Origin: Macrostomum lignano
Lineage: Eukaryota
Assembly: GCA_002269645.1 (NCBI GenBank)
Contig: NIVC01001345.1
Location: 8,601 to 72,600 of the forward strand
DNA: 64,000 bases
Reading direction: 5' to 3'
Positions 33,678 through 52,600 of this stretch are shown piece after piece (the first letter of the stretch is position 1; the number at the start of each line of letters is the position of its first letter). The notes under the pieces are model-generated. The model was not told where the DNA came from. It searched no databases and was given only the letters and a program-made list of their open reading frames with translations. The translations under genes and the position numbers were made by a program.

Positions 33678-34451
33678 CAGGGGCGTCGCCATGGATTTTA
33701 TGGTGGGGGGGGACAATTAAGCCAAGAATTCAAAATGTACATGTACATGACTAAATTTTGGCACTCATTTCGGCGCCGCAGGCACTCATTTTAGCGCCGC
33801 AGGCACTCATTTTAGCACCACAGGCACTCATTGTAGCGCCACAGGCACTCATTGTAGCGCCACAGGCACTCATTGTAGCGCCACAGGCACTCATTTTAGC
33901 GCCGCAGGCACTCATTTTAGCGCCGCAGGCACTCATTGTAGCGCCACAGGCACTCATTGTAGCGCCACAGGCACTCATTTTAGCGCCGCAGGCACTCATT
34001 TTAGCGCCGCAGGCACTCATTGTAGCGCCGCATGCACTCATTGTAGCGCCGCAGGCACTCATTGTAGCGCCGCAGGCACTCATTGTAGCGCCGCAGGCAC
34101 TCATTGTAGCGCCGCAGGTACTCATTGTAGCGCCACAGGCACTCATTGTAGCGCCACAGGCACTCATTGTAGCGCCACAGGCACTCATTGTAGCGCCACA
34201 GGCACTCATTTTAGCGCCGCAGGCACTCATTGTAGCGCCGCAGGCACTCATTGTAGCGCCGCAGGCACTCATTGTAGCGCCGCAGGTACTCATTTCGGCG
34301 CCGAAGGCGGTAATATTTTGGCGCCCCGAAGAAAAATGGTTGATTACCACAACGACTCACCAGGTGGGGTGGGGGACAAAGCATTGGCATGTCCCCCCCA
34401 GAGCTTTTACTGGGAGGGACATGTCCCCCCCCCCCGGTGGCGATGCGCCTG
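33678..34451. mobile_element. Non-autonomous hAT element carrying an internal 21-bp minisatellite
   Basis: Perfect 8-bp TSD GTAGGATT (33670-77 and 34452-59); imperfect TIRs CAGGGGCGTCGCCA / TGGCGATGCGCCTG; (GCACTCATTGTAGCGCCGCAG)n at about 33760-34310. Confidence 0.9.
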
Positions 34452-34461
34452 GTAGGATTAC

Positions 34462-34960
34462 CGAAAGGGAATTTTCCTAGAAATGTAGAACTAATGAAAG
34501 GGAATTTTCCTAGAAATGTAGAACTAATAAAAGGGAACTTTCCTAGAAATGTAGAAATAATAAAAGGGAACTTTCCTAGAAATGTAGAACTAATAAAAGG
34601 GAACTTTCCTAGAAATGTAGAAATAATAAAAGGGAACTTTCCTAGAAATGTAGAACTAATAAAAGGGAACTTTCCTAGAAATGTAGAACTAATAAAAGGG
34701 AACTTTCCTAGAAATGTAGAACTAATAAAAGGGAACTTTCCTAGAAATGTAGAACTAATAAAAGGGAACTTTCCTAGAAATGTAGAACTAATAAAAGGGA
34801 ACTTTCCTCGAAATGTAGAACTAATAAAAGGGAACTTTCCTAGAAATGTAGAACTAATAAAAGGGAACTTTCCTAGAAATGTAAAACTAATAAAAGGGAA
34901 CTTTCCTAGAAATGTAGAACTAATAAAAGGGAATTTTCCTAGAAATGTAGAGCTACCAAA
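34462..34960. repeat. 33-bp minisatellite (AAAGGGAACTTTCCTAGAAATGTAGAACTAATA)n
   Basis: About 15 units. Confidence 0.95.
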
Positions 34961-35454
34961 ATTGAGTTTTTCCTAGATAACTTCTACGAAAAACTTCTGA
35001 ATAGCCGGGAATTATCCTCCCCAGGTTATATCAACCCAAGGTGAATTTTCCCTGACATGAACACTAACTGAGAATCTTCCAGTTTATTCAAGCTTGTTAG
35101 CAAATAATTTTGAAACGTTAGTAAAATATACTTGCAGACGCACTACTTACTTGATTAAGTAGTTTTTAAGCAAGTTATTTTATTAGGTCGATCAGCTCAA
35201 GACATCATGCAAGCGTTTTTATTGGAGGCCTGCAACTGCAGCCAATGATACTGAGTGTGGATGATGAAGGGCGAATGCCTCCCATTTGATATTTATCTGG
35301 CTAGAGTGATCTGGGGCCATTGTCTGGCAAGCAATCAGCAATTATCGCTTCGGAGGCATCAAACCTGCAAAGGTGAGCCGTGTTTTCTGGTTCTGCTTCA
35401 GGGCAATTTTATATTTTGTATTCTTACCTTTATTGCAATACATGTGGCCTTGTG

Positions 35455-35995
35455 AATCCTGTACAGAATGCTTGATCAATATTGCACAATATTCCATTGA
35501 TTCTGAATGCTTGATAAATCTTGCACAATATTCCATTGATTCTGTACAGAATGCTTGATCAATCTTGTACAATATTCCATGGATCCTGTACAGAATGCTT
35601 GATTAGTCTTGTACAGTATTCCATGGATCCTGTACAAAATGCTTGATCAATATTGCACAATATTCCATTGATTCTGAATGCTTGATCAATCTTGCACAAT
35701 ATTCCATTGATTCTGTACAGAATTCTTGATCAATTTTGCACAATATTCCATTGATCCTGTACAGAATGCTTGATCAATCTTGTACAATATTCCATGAATC
35801 CTGTACAGAATTCTTGATCAATCTTGTACAATATTCCATTGATTCTGTACAGAATGCTTGATCAATCTTGTACAATATTCTATGGATCCTGTACAGAATG
35901 CTTGATTAGTCTTGTACAATATTCCATTGATTCTGTACAGAATGATTGATCAATCTTGTACAATATTCTATGGATCCTGTACAGAATTCTTGATC
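35455..35995. repeat. ~44-bp minisatellite (CTGTACAGAATGCTTGATCAATCTTGTACAATATTCCATGGATC)
   Basis: About 12 imperfect units. Confidence 0.9.
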
Positions 35996-36544
35996 TTGTT
36001 CCAGAATTCAGTCGTTAACCTGGAACCTGTTTCTTCATATTTCAAACTCAGCAAAGTTCACGGCAGGTTCAGCTCATTACTCAAATTGGTCTTTTGCTAA
36101 AAAATCCTCAACCTGTTACACACGCGCAGCTGTTTACCTTGGAGGTTTTGTTGACTTTCTCTGTCTGTTCGCACTTTAAACGGTCACCCCTAGTAAAGAA
36201 AAGTCGAACTTCAATCCAGCTGTTTGACCTCTCGAGCTGGCATGCCAGTCCCTGAGCATCAATATTTTCCCAACTCATTCGCTCTGCTCCCTTAAGCCGC
36301 CCGCAGGCGCTCCTGCCTCAAACATCAAACGAAAGCCGCCAGTTGAGACTGGAGTACCCGAAGGAGTATTCAGCTGCCTTGTTGGAGTGACGAGTTTCGG
36401 GTCCACGAGGGAATTTCCTGATGCTCCCGCGTGTTCTTTGAGTAGCGCTGCGTTTTGGTCATCGAATATGAGTCTTTTTTTAGTGCGGAGATAATTGTCA
36501 GGATGAGCCTGGCGGCTGGCCGCGTGCGGAAATAGCTCAGGACG

Positions 36545-36725
36545 GATAGAGATGGAATACAGATAGGATATAGACTTGAATAGAGACTGGATAGAGTTGG
36601 GATACAGATGAGATTGAGATGGGGTAGAGATGGGATAGAGTTGGGACGGAGATGGGGTAGAGATGGGGTAGAGATGGGATAGAGTTGGGATGGAGATGGG
36701 GTAGAGTTGGGACGGAGATGGGGTA
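36545..36725. repeat. ~11-bp (AGAGATGGGGT)n array, left part; resumes at 42096-42740
   Basis: Same unit on both sides of the LINE. Confidence 0.85.
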
Positions 36726-36812
36726 CTACTTACTTACTACTGACGGGGGCGCAGGCGCCGCGAATAGGCCGCGAGGCCCCTATCGCAACCCCAAGGTAAA
36801 AGAGCACAAGGA

Positions 36813-41525
<4,713 letters not shown>

Positions 41526-42095
41526 TCAGGTGGTTTTGATTTATCCATGCAGAGTAGGCTGAAATGGAAAAACTGAAATGTAGAAAAGAGGGGGGGTAAC
41601 CGCTCGGGGACTGGATATACCCCCAGCCAGCTCCGTGGAGCTACCCTCTGCCACGGTAAACAGCAGAGAAGCTTTGGGTTGCCGTCTTATCCCAGGATTG
41701 CTCCCAGGCGAGGCTCCGGCAGGCCCCCGGTCCACACTCTGCAAGATCAGGGGGCGGGAGGCCGGCTGCGGGCTTGGGACACAGGCGCCAGGTCGAGTTG
41801 ACAGCCGACGCCCGAGCCCTCCCCCACAAGAGCGGCCCTCGAGAACCCGTGTGGTACCAGTTGCAACTAAGGGCTGTCGATGGGTAGTTGGCGCTTAGCC
41901 AGCAGCCAACTACTTAGCAGCCACCTGCCCCGCAAAAAAGCAGCAGGGGGATCCGTCCCCCACCAGCAGACCAAGACGAGGAAGCTAGCCGCTTCCACGC
42001 CAGGCCAGAACGAAAAGGAGGGGGAAGAGCCTCCTCGAAAAACGAAAAGCTGGCGGATGTCACAGAGTCCCTCGGTTTAAGTTGCCGTTTGCCGT

Positions 42096-42740
42096 AGATG
42101 GGGTAGAGATGGGGTAGAGATGGGATAGAGTTGGGACGGAGATGGGGTAGAGTTGGGACGGAGATGGGGTAGAGATGGGGTAGAGATGGGATGGAGATGG
42201 GGTAGAGATGGGATATTGATGGGACGGAGATAGGGTAGAGATGGGGTAGAGATGGGGTAGAGATGGGATAGAGTTGGGACGGAGATGGGGTAGAAATGGG
42301 ATATAGATGGGATAGAGATGGGGTATTGATGGGATGGAGATGGGGTAGAGATGGCCGGTATTGATGGGACGGAGATAGGGTAGAGATGGGGTAGAGATAC
42401 ATGTAGAGTATTGATGAGATGGAAATGGGGTAGAGATGGGGTAGAGATGGGATATAGACTTGGATAGAGATGGGATAGATGTGGGATAGATGTGGAATAG
42501 GAATGGGATAGATGTGGGATAGAATGTGGGATAGATGTGGAATAGGAATGGGATAGATGTGGGATAGATGTGGGATAGAGATGGGATAGAGACTGAGATA
42601 AAAATAGGATAGAGATGGGATAGAGATAAGATAAAGATGGGATTGAGTCTGGGATAGTGATGAGATAGATGTGGGATAGAAACAGGGGTAAAAATAGGAT
42701 ATAGACGGGATAGAGATGAGAGATCAGAATGGGATAGGAC
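42096..42740. repeat. (AGAGATGGGGT/AGATGTGGGAT)n array, right part
   Basis: Direct inspection. Confidence 0.85.
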
Positions 42741-43139
42741 AGTTGTGGACAGTGAACATTGGAGCTTAGGAGCAATTGCAGGAGTTGAACAAAATGAATT
42801 GCTGGTTCATCCCGGCTGGCATGCTCAAACCAGATCGATTTCCATTATAGTATGATACATGTTTGGGGTGCCCAGCGCTTCGCCCCAAATCAGTGATTAT
42901 GCGGTGAGCGGCAGTCGTTTCCAGATAGGCGAGTAGGGGCAGGTATCGGTGGGGCTGGCTATGCATGTATTGAGCGCTGCTCACTCTGCTGGAAACGAAC
43001 CAGCTGCCTTCTCATCAGCTCCCTCTGATCCGCTGAAAGTCTGCCGCAGAGGCTGCCGGAGAAAACTGAAAACATTTTAGCTTGGGTATTGTATCGATTG
43101 GATTCAGTTTGTAGGAGAGGTTAGCCAAATAGAGTTCCG

Positions 43140-44040
43140 GAGAGGAGTGAGAGAGGAAGGGGGGAGAGGGAGGAAGAGGAGAGGAAGAGGAGAGGGAGAG
43201 GGAGGAAGAGGAGAGGGAGAGAGAGGAAGAGGAGAGGGAGAGGGAGGAAGAGGAGAGGGAGAGGGAGGAAGAGGAGAGGGAGAGGGAGGAAGAGGAGAGG
43301 GAGAGGGAGGAAGAGGAGAGGGAGAGGGAGGAAGAGGAGAGGGAGAGGGAGGGAGAGGAGAGGGAGAGGGAGGAAGAGGAGAGGGAGAGGGAGGAAGAGG
43401 AGAGGGAGAGGGAGGAAGAGGAGAGGGAGAGAGAGGAAGAGGAGAGGGAGAGGGAGGAAGAGGAGAGGAAGAGGAGAGGGAGGAAGAGGAGAGGGAGGAA
43501 GAGGAGAGGGAGAGGGAGGAAGAGGAGAGGGAGAGGTAGGAAGAGGAGAGGGAGAGGGAGGAAGAGGAGAGGGAGAGGGAGGAAGAGGAGAGGGAGAGGG
43601 AGGAAGAGGAGAGGGAGAGGTAGGAAGAGGAGAGGGAGAGGGAGGAAGAGGAGAGGGAGAGGGAGGAAGAGGAGAGGGAGAGGGAGGAAGAGGAGAGGGA
43701 GAGGGAGGAAGAGGAGAGGGAGGAAGAGGAGAGGGAGAGGGAGGAAGAGGAGAGGGAGAGGGAGGAAGAGGAGAGGGAGAGGGAGGAAGAGGAGTGGGAG
43801 AGGGAGGAAGAGGAGTGGGAGAGGGAGAAAGAGGAGTGGGAGAGGGAGGAAGAGGAGAGGGAGGAAGAGGAGAGGGAGGAAGAGGAGTGGGAGAGGGAGG
43901 AAGAGGAGAGGGAGAGGGAGGAAGAGGAGAGGGAGAGGGAGGAAGAGGAGAGAGAGAGGGAGGAAGAGGAGTGGGAGAGGGAGGAAGAGGAGTGGGAGAG
44001 GGAGGAAGAGGAGAGGCAGGGGGAGGAAGAAGGAGATGGG
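43140..44040. repeat. 21-bp purine-only minisatellite (GAGGGAGGAAGAGGAGAGGGA)n
   Basis: About 40 units. Confidence 0.95.
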
Positions 44041-44749
44041 ATAGAAGAGGGATAGTCAGAATGAGCTTTAAAAAGTAAAGTTGTACGCTCGTAGTTTTGT
44101 TTTAAAATATGAAAAAAATGCCGGAAAACACCCTCTCCAAGAATCTCATGGATCTCTCTGTTTCATTTCTCTCCACTCCCCAGTTCCGCAGTTATTGGAA
44201 TATAACGGCGCGCCCGCTTCTTAATATTTCTGTTGCTCAGCTCTTCGCCCTGTCTTTTCTGCGGTCGATAAAATGAATAAAGTCGCAATTGTGAGGGGAA
44301 CAGCTGTCAGGCAGGCAGGCAGGCACATCCTGTACTATACCGGTGTGGCTATCCCGCCCGCTTGTCCGAGTGTGATAAGAAATCGAAGGAAATAATGCAG
44401 CAGTGAGAGGAAGGGGAACTGCTTGGCAGTGGCCCCCAAGGTTTCCGCGCGCGCGCGTTCGTATAAGCAGGCGAAGTTCGAAGTTTCTTCTCCTCCCCCT
44501 CTTCTCAGCCATACTCTGATAGTTGAGTAGCCAGAGTGCCCGAGGCAACAGAGTCAGATTGAAATTGGGAAGGCGTGAGGCGAATGCCAACAGAGAGCAG
44601 CCGCAGCAGCAGTGAGTAAGTGAAAGTGACCGGGTGGGAAAGTTTCTGGCAGTAGATGAATATGATGAAGAGTGAGACTGGCTTCCTGCTTGTACAATCA
44701 GCAGGTGGGTGATGCTTGTGAGGGATGCCGATTTTATATTAAGGTCGAG

Positions 44750-45070
<321 letters not shown>

Positions 45071-45659
45071 GGCGGAGCGGCAGACGGACAGTCCAGCAGC
45101 AGAAGGCGCAGAGCTCATCACCCTGAGCTGGCAACTCAGCCCATGCCAGGCGGATAGCTCATAGAAGGCGGCCCACAACTGGCGGCATTCCTGCACTCCG
45201 CACCCGGGCTGCCCCCCAAAAAGAAGTTGAGCATCTTGTTGCCCCATGCAGAAGGGTTAGGGGGGGGGGCAAAAAATATGAAATTTCCTTCACCCCGAAG
45301 CCGGATGAAGTTCTTCTGTTGCCTGGCGCCTTGCCGGGCAATAAAATCAAGTCCGGAGAAAAAATTGAAAACATCGCCTGTCTGTCGCTGATTGAAAATT
45401 CCTGCGCCAGATGGCGTCGGAGCTGATTGAAACTGAAACGACTCGTACAACCCAGCAGCGCAAGGAACAAGTTGCTGCATACGGACTGAACTTCATTTAC
45501 GAACTACTGCTGCTGCTGAGGCAGGGGGGAGGCAGTCGCGAATGACATTTCTAGCTAATTGAAGCATTGCAAGCGGACTGAGGCAGTTAGCGGCTGGGCT
45601 GCTGGCTGAGCTGGTCTGGCGTTGTGGCTTGAAATTGGCTGCTTGCTTCTTTTCTTGAA

Positions 45660-46560
45660 AATGGCACATTTGAACAACAAAATGATGGCACAAAATAACT
45701 ACAAAATGGCACAAAATAACTACAAAATGGCACAAAATAACTACAAAATGGCACAAAATAACTACAAAATGGCACAAAATAACTACAAAATGGCACAAAA
45801 TAACTACAAAATGGCACAAAATAACTACAAAATGGCAAAAAATAACTACAAAATGGCACAAAAAAACTACAAAATGGCACAAAATTTCTACAAAATGGCA
45901 CAAAATAACTACAAAATGGCACAAAATAACTACAAAATGGCACAAAATAACTACAAAATGGCAAAAAATAACTACAAAATGGCACAAAAAAACTACAAAA
46001 TGGCACAAAATTTCTACAAAATGGCACAAAATAACTACAAAATGGCAAAAAATAACTACAAAATGGCACAAAAAAACTACAAAATGGCACAAAATAACTA
46101 CAAAATGGCACAAAATAACTACAAAATGGCACAAAATAACTACAAAATGGCACAAAATAACTACAAAATGGCACAAAATAACTACAAAATGGCACAAAAT
46201 AACTACAAAATGGCACAAAATAACTACAAAATGGCACAAAATAACTACAAAATGGCACAAAATAACTACAAAATGGCACAAAATTAACTACAAAATGGCA
46301 CACAATAACTACAAAATGGCACAAATAACTACAAAATGGCACAAAATTAACTACAAAATGGCACAAAATAACTTTTAAAAACTAAAAATGGCAAAAAACT
46401 GCAAAAGAGCACTTTAGAATTACGAAATGACACATTCAACTACAAAATGGCACATTAGAAATACAAAATGACACATAAGAACTACAAAATGGTACATTAG
46501 AACAACAATAAACGAGCCAGTTTTGAGTCATACAAAATGGCACTTTAAGAGTTAAAATAT
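45660..46560. repeat. 21-bp minisatellite (AAAATGGCACAAAATAACTAC)n, decaying 3'
   Basis: About 33 good units plus degenerate flanks. Confidence 0.96.
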
Positions 46561-47639
46561 GCCACCGCTTTGGACACTGACAAGCCATTTTCAGCGAGCA
46601 AACTCAAACGCTTCAAATTTGCAAGCAAAATGTTGGCAAATATTGCTTCAAGCCAGCCTCAAATGGATTTCCATTGTTTTCTCTGCAGGACCTACCCACA
46701 AAAACATGAAACGCGTATTTTCTCATCAAATCCTTTTTCATGTCCTATCAGACAACTTCGAATTCTCCAGCCGGGTCGAAGTCTGTTTTCTAGAATTTTA
46801 TCGAACCGAAGACCAACTGCTCAACCAGTTGTTAATATTAAATAAAGTTCTATTATATCAGCGATACAGTTTTATAATCTCAGCCTTTTAAACCTTATAT
46901 CATTTCAATTAGTGAGCTCATTAAATATTAACATAGTAGTGCTAATTCTCCAGCAGGTACGAGCGTAAAATGCTGCACCCAAATGCGCGATTGCGTGATC
47001 GGTGTCTCCGGTGTTTCTAGGAAAGTTTCTAGGAAAACCGCGGTAATTAGGTTGATTGGAATTGCACTGAAATTCTAGAGGATTCATGTAATCAAACACT
47101 GGAACAGAAATGGTTTTTTTAACACCTTATTGACGAAAAGAAAATGTTGTTAGTGAGCTGCCAATGTTGTTGGAGGGCTGACAATGTTTTTGGTGGGCTG
47201 ACAATGTTGTTAGTGAGCTAAAAATATGAGTACGCAAGTTTGGTTCATAAGCTCACAATTTCTGCTAATTAAAAAAGCTCATCAAATTGTCGATCACAGC
47301 AAGTCACGTGATAACTGCTACCAACATCAAACAATCATCACCCAAAAGGTGCAGGGAAGGCGAGACCCGCCCACAGCTTCCAATGAGAGCACACGGAAGC
47401 AATCAGATGGGATGCGTGTGCGCTGATATGCAAATCTGGTGCCTTCCTGCCCTAGCACTGATTCCCGCTGCACATCCCATCTGTCACTGGGGAGATGACG
47501 AGAGGCCTAATGCTTGAATGGTGTCATCAATCAACTTCTGACGTTGTCATGGAAACGGCGGGGCCTAGAAACGTTATTTCACATGAGCGGGTGCAGTGTT
47601 AAGGGCCGGGGTCAAGGGGGGAGAATAGTTCTGGCTCCC

Positions 47640-48170
47640 CATCACCCCATCTCTCAATCTATCTCATCCCATCGCTAAATCTATCTCACCCCATCTCTCA
47701 ATCTATCTCACCCAGTCTCTAAATCTATCTCACCCAGTCTCTAAATCTATCTCACCCAGTCTCTAAATCTATCTTACCCAGTCTCTAAATCTATCTCAGC
47801 TCTTAATCTATCTCACTCCATCTCCCAATCTATCTCACCCAGTCTCTAAATCTATCTCACCCAGTCTCTAAATCTATCTCAGCTCTTAATCTATCTCACT
47901 CCATCTCCCAATCTATCTCACCCAGTCTCTAAATCTATCTCACCCAGTCTCTAAATCTATCTCACCCAGTCTCTAAATCTATCTCACCCATCTCTAAATT
48001 TATCACACCCTGTCTCTAAATCTATCTCAGCCCATCTCTTAATCTATCTCACTTCATCTCTTAATCTATCTCAGCCCATCTCTTAATCTATCTCACTTCA
48101 TCTCTTAATCTATCTCACCCCATATCTCAATCTATTTCACCCCATCTCACTTATCTAAGTTCTCCCTACT
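47640..48170. repeat. 22-bp minisatellite (CTCTAAATCTATCTCACCCAGT)n
   Basis: Direct tandem copies. Confidence 0.92.
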
Positions 48171-48894
48171 CTTCACTATCAATCTCTTTCAGCCAAAATA
48201 TCAGTCCTATGTCTGCTCATGCTTCCTCATGTGGAGTCGCATCGATTTTTCACAGAAACCTCTCAGTCACCTGTTTTGTGTCCAGTGCCTTCGCCTGCGC
48301 AGAATGAATGACAAAAATGTGTTTCTACCCTGGTCAACTTCTTCCAGCCATTCTTTTTTGCTGCTTTTATTTTGCTTTAGCCAAGACACCGGCTAGCTGG
48401 TGCGTTCCAGCATCCTCCCTCACCCATCATCCTTCAGCGTTTGAACTTTCTGGGCCAGACGCTGGGGCAAGCATTAACAGCTCTCTGTCCTGGAGCCTAC
48501 ATTTCTTAGAAAGCAAAGCCAGCGGCGCGGAGTTTGCTGGGTCATAAACTATCGCTTTCGGACGGCGTCTACCTCTTTCCGCAACTGTGTTTTTTACCTT
48601 GGCCGCGCGTCCTCGGCCCTTTGTCGTCGTGTGCGCGCGGCCGAGACTCTTTTGACTGGCTGGGGGATAGCTGGTAGGTTGTAACTCTCGTTTTTTTAGG
48701 GTCAGCGTCCCGGGCTGTTGCCACATGAACAAAGTAGCTGGGCTATTTGGCTGCAAAATGGCTGTTTACAGACTGTGGAGTCCCGGATGCAGTTTGCGAT
48801 TTTGCGATTTGCAGACTCCCTGGTGGTTAAGAGCTTTGGGTGTGCAAATCTATTGGAAATGCGGTGGCAGAATGAGGGATAAGTTGACTCTTGT

Positions 48895-49505
48895 CTCTAG
48901 ATATATCTCATTACATCTCTAGAGCTACCCTATTTTACCCGTAGATCAATCTAATTTTATCTCAATATCTGTCTTACCTCATCTCTAGATCTGTCTTACC
49001 TCATCTCTAGATATTTCTTAACTTATCTCTAGATCTGACTTACTTCATCTATAGATCTGTCGTACCTTCATCTCTAGATATGTCTTACTTCATCAATAGA
49101 TCTGTCGTACTTTCATCTCTAGATCTGTCTTAATTTATTTCTAGATCTGTCCTACCTTCATCTATAAATCTGTAGTACCTTCATCTCTAGATATGCCTTA
49201 CTTCATCAATAGATCTGTAGTACTTTCATCTCTAGATCTGTCATACTTTCATCTATAGATCTGTATACCTTCATCTCTAGAGTCTAGATCTGTCTTACTT
49301 CATCTATACATCTGTATACCCTCATCTCTAGAGTCTAGATCTGTCTTACTTCATCTATACATCTGTATACCTTCATCTCTAGAGTCTAGATATGTCTTAC
49401 TTCATCTATAGATCTGTCGTACCTTCATATCTAGATCTGTCGTCCTTTCATCTCTAGATCTGTCTTACTTCATCTCTAGATCTGTTTTACCTTTATCTAT
49501 AGATC
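48895..49505. repeat. ~22-24-bp minisatellite (TCTAGATCTGTCTTACTTCATC)n
   Basis: Imperfect tandem copies upstream of the channel ATG. Confidence 0.9.
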
Positions 49506-49642
49506 TGTGGACTCAACCTTGACCTGAATTGACCCGGAGCGTGTTTTGACCTGGAGTATCCTGAGTGACCTTGGCCTTAATCTTATGACCTGAAGCAACC
49601 TGGGCGATCATCAACCTGATTGCAACCTGAATTGAGCCATTC

Positions 49643-52600
49643 ATGGCCTGGCTGAGTCGGTTTCTGCTACTCCTGCTGCTGCATCACCTGCTGCTCAAAG
49701 CGACATCGGAGGCTTCGCCGAGCTCCGCTGAAAATGCGTGAGTTGCTAATTAATAGAAGATAAATTTATGATCAATAAAATACCACTGAATTATTTCTGT
49801 GCATGCGTATTCCTGAGGCAGAAGGTTGATAGCACTTAGTACGAATCTGCACTGTTTTACTGAGAGCTTTCCGGTCTTGCACCGGGGCCTTGCACCTGGG
49901 CCTTGCACCTGGGCCTTGCACCGGTTACTTGCTCAAATATTTTAGTTATTATTAGTTATTGCTTGCCTACTGAGACTGGGAGTTGGGAGTTGGTTTGAAA
50001 TTTAGTCAGTCAGTCATGGCCTAGGGAATGAGCTGGAGTGATTAAGGATGTCTTTTCTGTCTAATTGCTTTGTTGGTATCCCATACTGTAGTGAGAGGGG
50101 TTACTGGAGCGAGAGGGGTTACTGGAGTGAGAGGGGTTACTGGAGTGAGAGGGGTTACTGGAGTGAGAGGGGCTACTGTAGTGAGAGGGGGTACTGGAGT
50201 GAGAGGGGTTACTAGAGTGAGAGGGGTTACTAGAGTGAGAGGGGTTACTAGAGTGAGAGGGGTTACTAGAGTGAGAGGGTTACTGGAGTGAGAGGGGTTA
50301 CTAGAGTGAGAGGGGTTACTGGAGTGAGAGGGATTACTGTAGTGAGAGGGTTACTGTAGTGAGAGGGTTACTGTAGTGAGAGGGTTACTGTAGTGAGAGG
50401 GGTTACTGGAGTGAGAGGGGTTACTGTAGTGAGAGGGTTACTGGAGTGAGAGGGGTTACTAGAGTGAGAGGGGTTACTGGAGTGAGAGGGGTTACTAGAG
50501 TGAGAGGGGTTACTGGAGTGAGAGGGGTTACTGGAGTGAGAGGGGTTACTGGAGTGAGAGGGGTTACTGGAGTGAGAGGGGTTACTGTAGTGAGAGGGTT
50601 ACTGGAGTGAGAGGGGTTACTAGAGTGAGAGGGGTTACTAGAGTGAGAGGGGCTACTGTAGTGAAAGGTCTACTGTAGTGAGAGGGGTTACTCGAGTGAG
50701 AGGGGTTACTAGAGTGAGAGGGGTTACTGGAGTGAGAGGGGTTACTAGAGTGAGAGGGGTTACTGGAGTGAGAGGGGTTACTGGAGTGAGAGGGGTTACT
50801 GTAGTGAGAGGGGTTACTGGAGTGAGAGGGGCTATATTGGAGTGAGAGGGGGCTACTGGAGTGAGAGAGGGTTGCTGCAGCGATAGAAGGTTACAGCAGT
50901 GAGAGAGGGTTACTACAAAGTCACTGATACAAAATAAAGGATCACTAAGCCTAGAAATTACCTGAGCACCCATTGCACTTATTCAGAATTTTTTGTTTAA
51001 CTTCGCACATTCGAGTCTCTATAGGAAAATGGTTTTTGCTGTTGTACACCCCTTAACTCCAGTATTTGGCACAAGTTTATTCAAATGCCAAAGTACAAAA
51101 TGCACCTTAATTCACTTCCTGCGCGCCATCATCAATATTTCTATAACTATGAGCCATATAGTGATCGAATGCAAAAGTTCAAGTATTAATACGCAAGCGT
51201 TCTTGCTCTCATGTTAATTCCCGAATTTCAGTCGAAAAAGTGACGGCCTCATGTGAGCAGCTGGGCAGTCGGCAGAGCAGTTGCTCGAAAAAGTTTTTTT
51301 TGATTTTCTTGCCGTGAAAAGTTTAAATGCGAATGGCTGAGATTATGAATTCAATATACTTTAACCGCTAACTTCTTCTCTAACTAATACGGCATATTCA
51401 AATCCGTTTCTGCACTAGCTCTTCAGATCTTTGTTTCAACTCTTTGTTTTCAGTTTTTTAAGCTAATGGCTCAATAACAGTTTTTTTGTTAAAATAGCCA
51501 CTTTAGACAAGTTAGGACAATAGCTTAGTTTGTTATATTTTGATAAGAATAATTTGTTTATATAAACTTCTGCTAACTGGCTTTTGCGGTTGTAAATTTT
51601 GCTCACCCGATCCAGTTTTTAAACACATTTGAGCTGCCGTTGCTATGCGATGGCGCCTGCAAAGTCTGTTGCTGACGATTTGCGCTGTAATGCGGAGCTT
51701 TTGCCTGCCCCCGCGTGTGAGCACAGGGAGTTCATAGACAGTTTTGGGTCATAGACAGTTTTGGATCATAGACAGTTTTGGGTCATACAGTTTTAGGTCA
51801 TACAGTTTTGGGTCATACAGTTTTAGGTCATACAGTTTTGGGTCGTAGATAGTTTCGTGTCGTAGAAAGTTTTGGGTCATACAGTTATGGGTCATAGACT
51901 GCAGTTTTGGGTCATAGACAGTTTTGGGTCATAGACAGTTTTGGGTCATACAGTTTTGGGTCATAGACAGTTTTGGGTCATACAGTTTTAGGTCATACAG
52001 TTTTAGGTCATACAGTTTTGGGTCGTAGATAGTTTCGTGTCGTAGAAAGTTTTGGGTCATAGACAGTTTTGGGTCATAGACAGTTTTGGGTCATACAGTT
52101 TTGGGTCATAGACAGTTTTGGGTCATACAGTTTTAGGTCATACAGTTTTAGGTCATACAGTTTTGGGTCGTAGATAGTTTCGTGTCGTAGAAAGTTTTGG
52201 GTCATACAGTTATGGGTCATAGACTGCAGTTTTGGGTCATAGACAGTTTTGGGTCATAGACAGTTTTGGGTCATAGATAGTTTAGGCTCATAGACAATTT
52301 CGGATCGGAGACAGTTTTGTGTCATAGGCAGTTTTGGGTCATAAACAGTTTTGGGTCATAATCATAACCAGTTTTACGTTGCAAACAGTTTTGTGCCATT
52401 GGCAGTTTTAGGTCATAGAGTCATAGACAGTTAGGGTCAAATCCCATTATGCATTGCAGCATTTGTCGTGCTAGGACTGTATTCAAATATTGTATGTCAT
52501 ACATCAATGCCATATCAGTCTGTCTGTATAACATTCCGGTGTCCCTAAGGACTTATCTTCAGTCCGGTAAAGCTTTGTTTGTAAAGCTACCCCAATTCTG

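Noticed and set aside
33751-34976. Long repetitive ORFs (MSACGAT, QALIVAP, KGNFPRNVEL)
   Set aside because: The 21- and 33-bp units are multiples of 3 and stop-free by chance; they lie in a MITE or array.
41560-42095. Search for an HDV-like ribozyme in the LOA 5' UTR (TCCTCGT near 41975; AGC-TCCACGGA-GCT near 41640; CTAAG motifs)
   Set aside because: Partial motifs only. P3/P1 spacing or the J4/2 catalytic C could not be satisfied, and simple hairpins explain the sequence equally well.
42990-43030. CTGATGA hammerhead core on the minus strand
   Set aside because: No GAAA and stem II at workable spacing.
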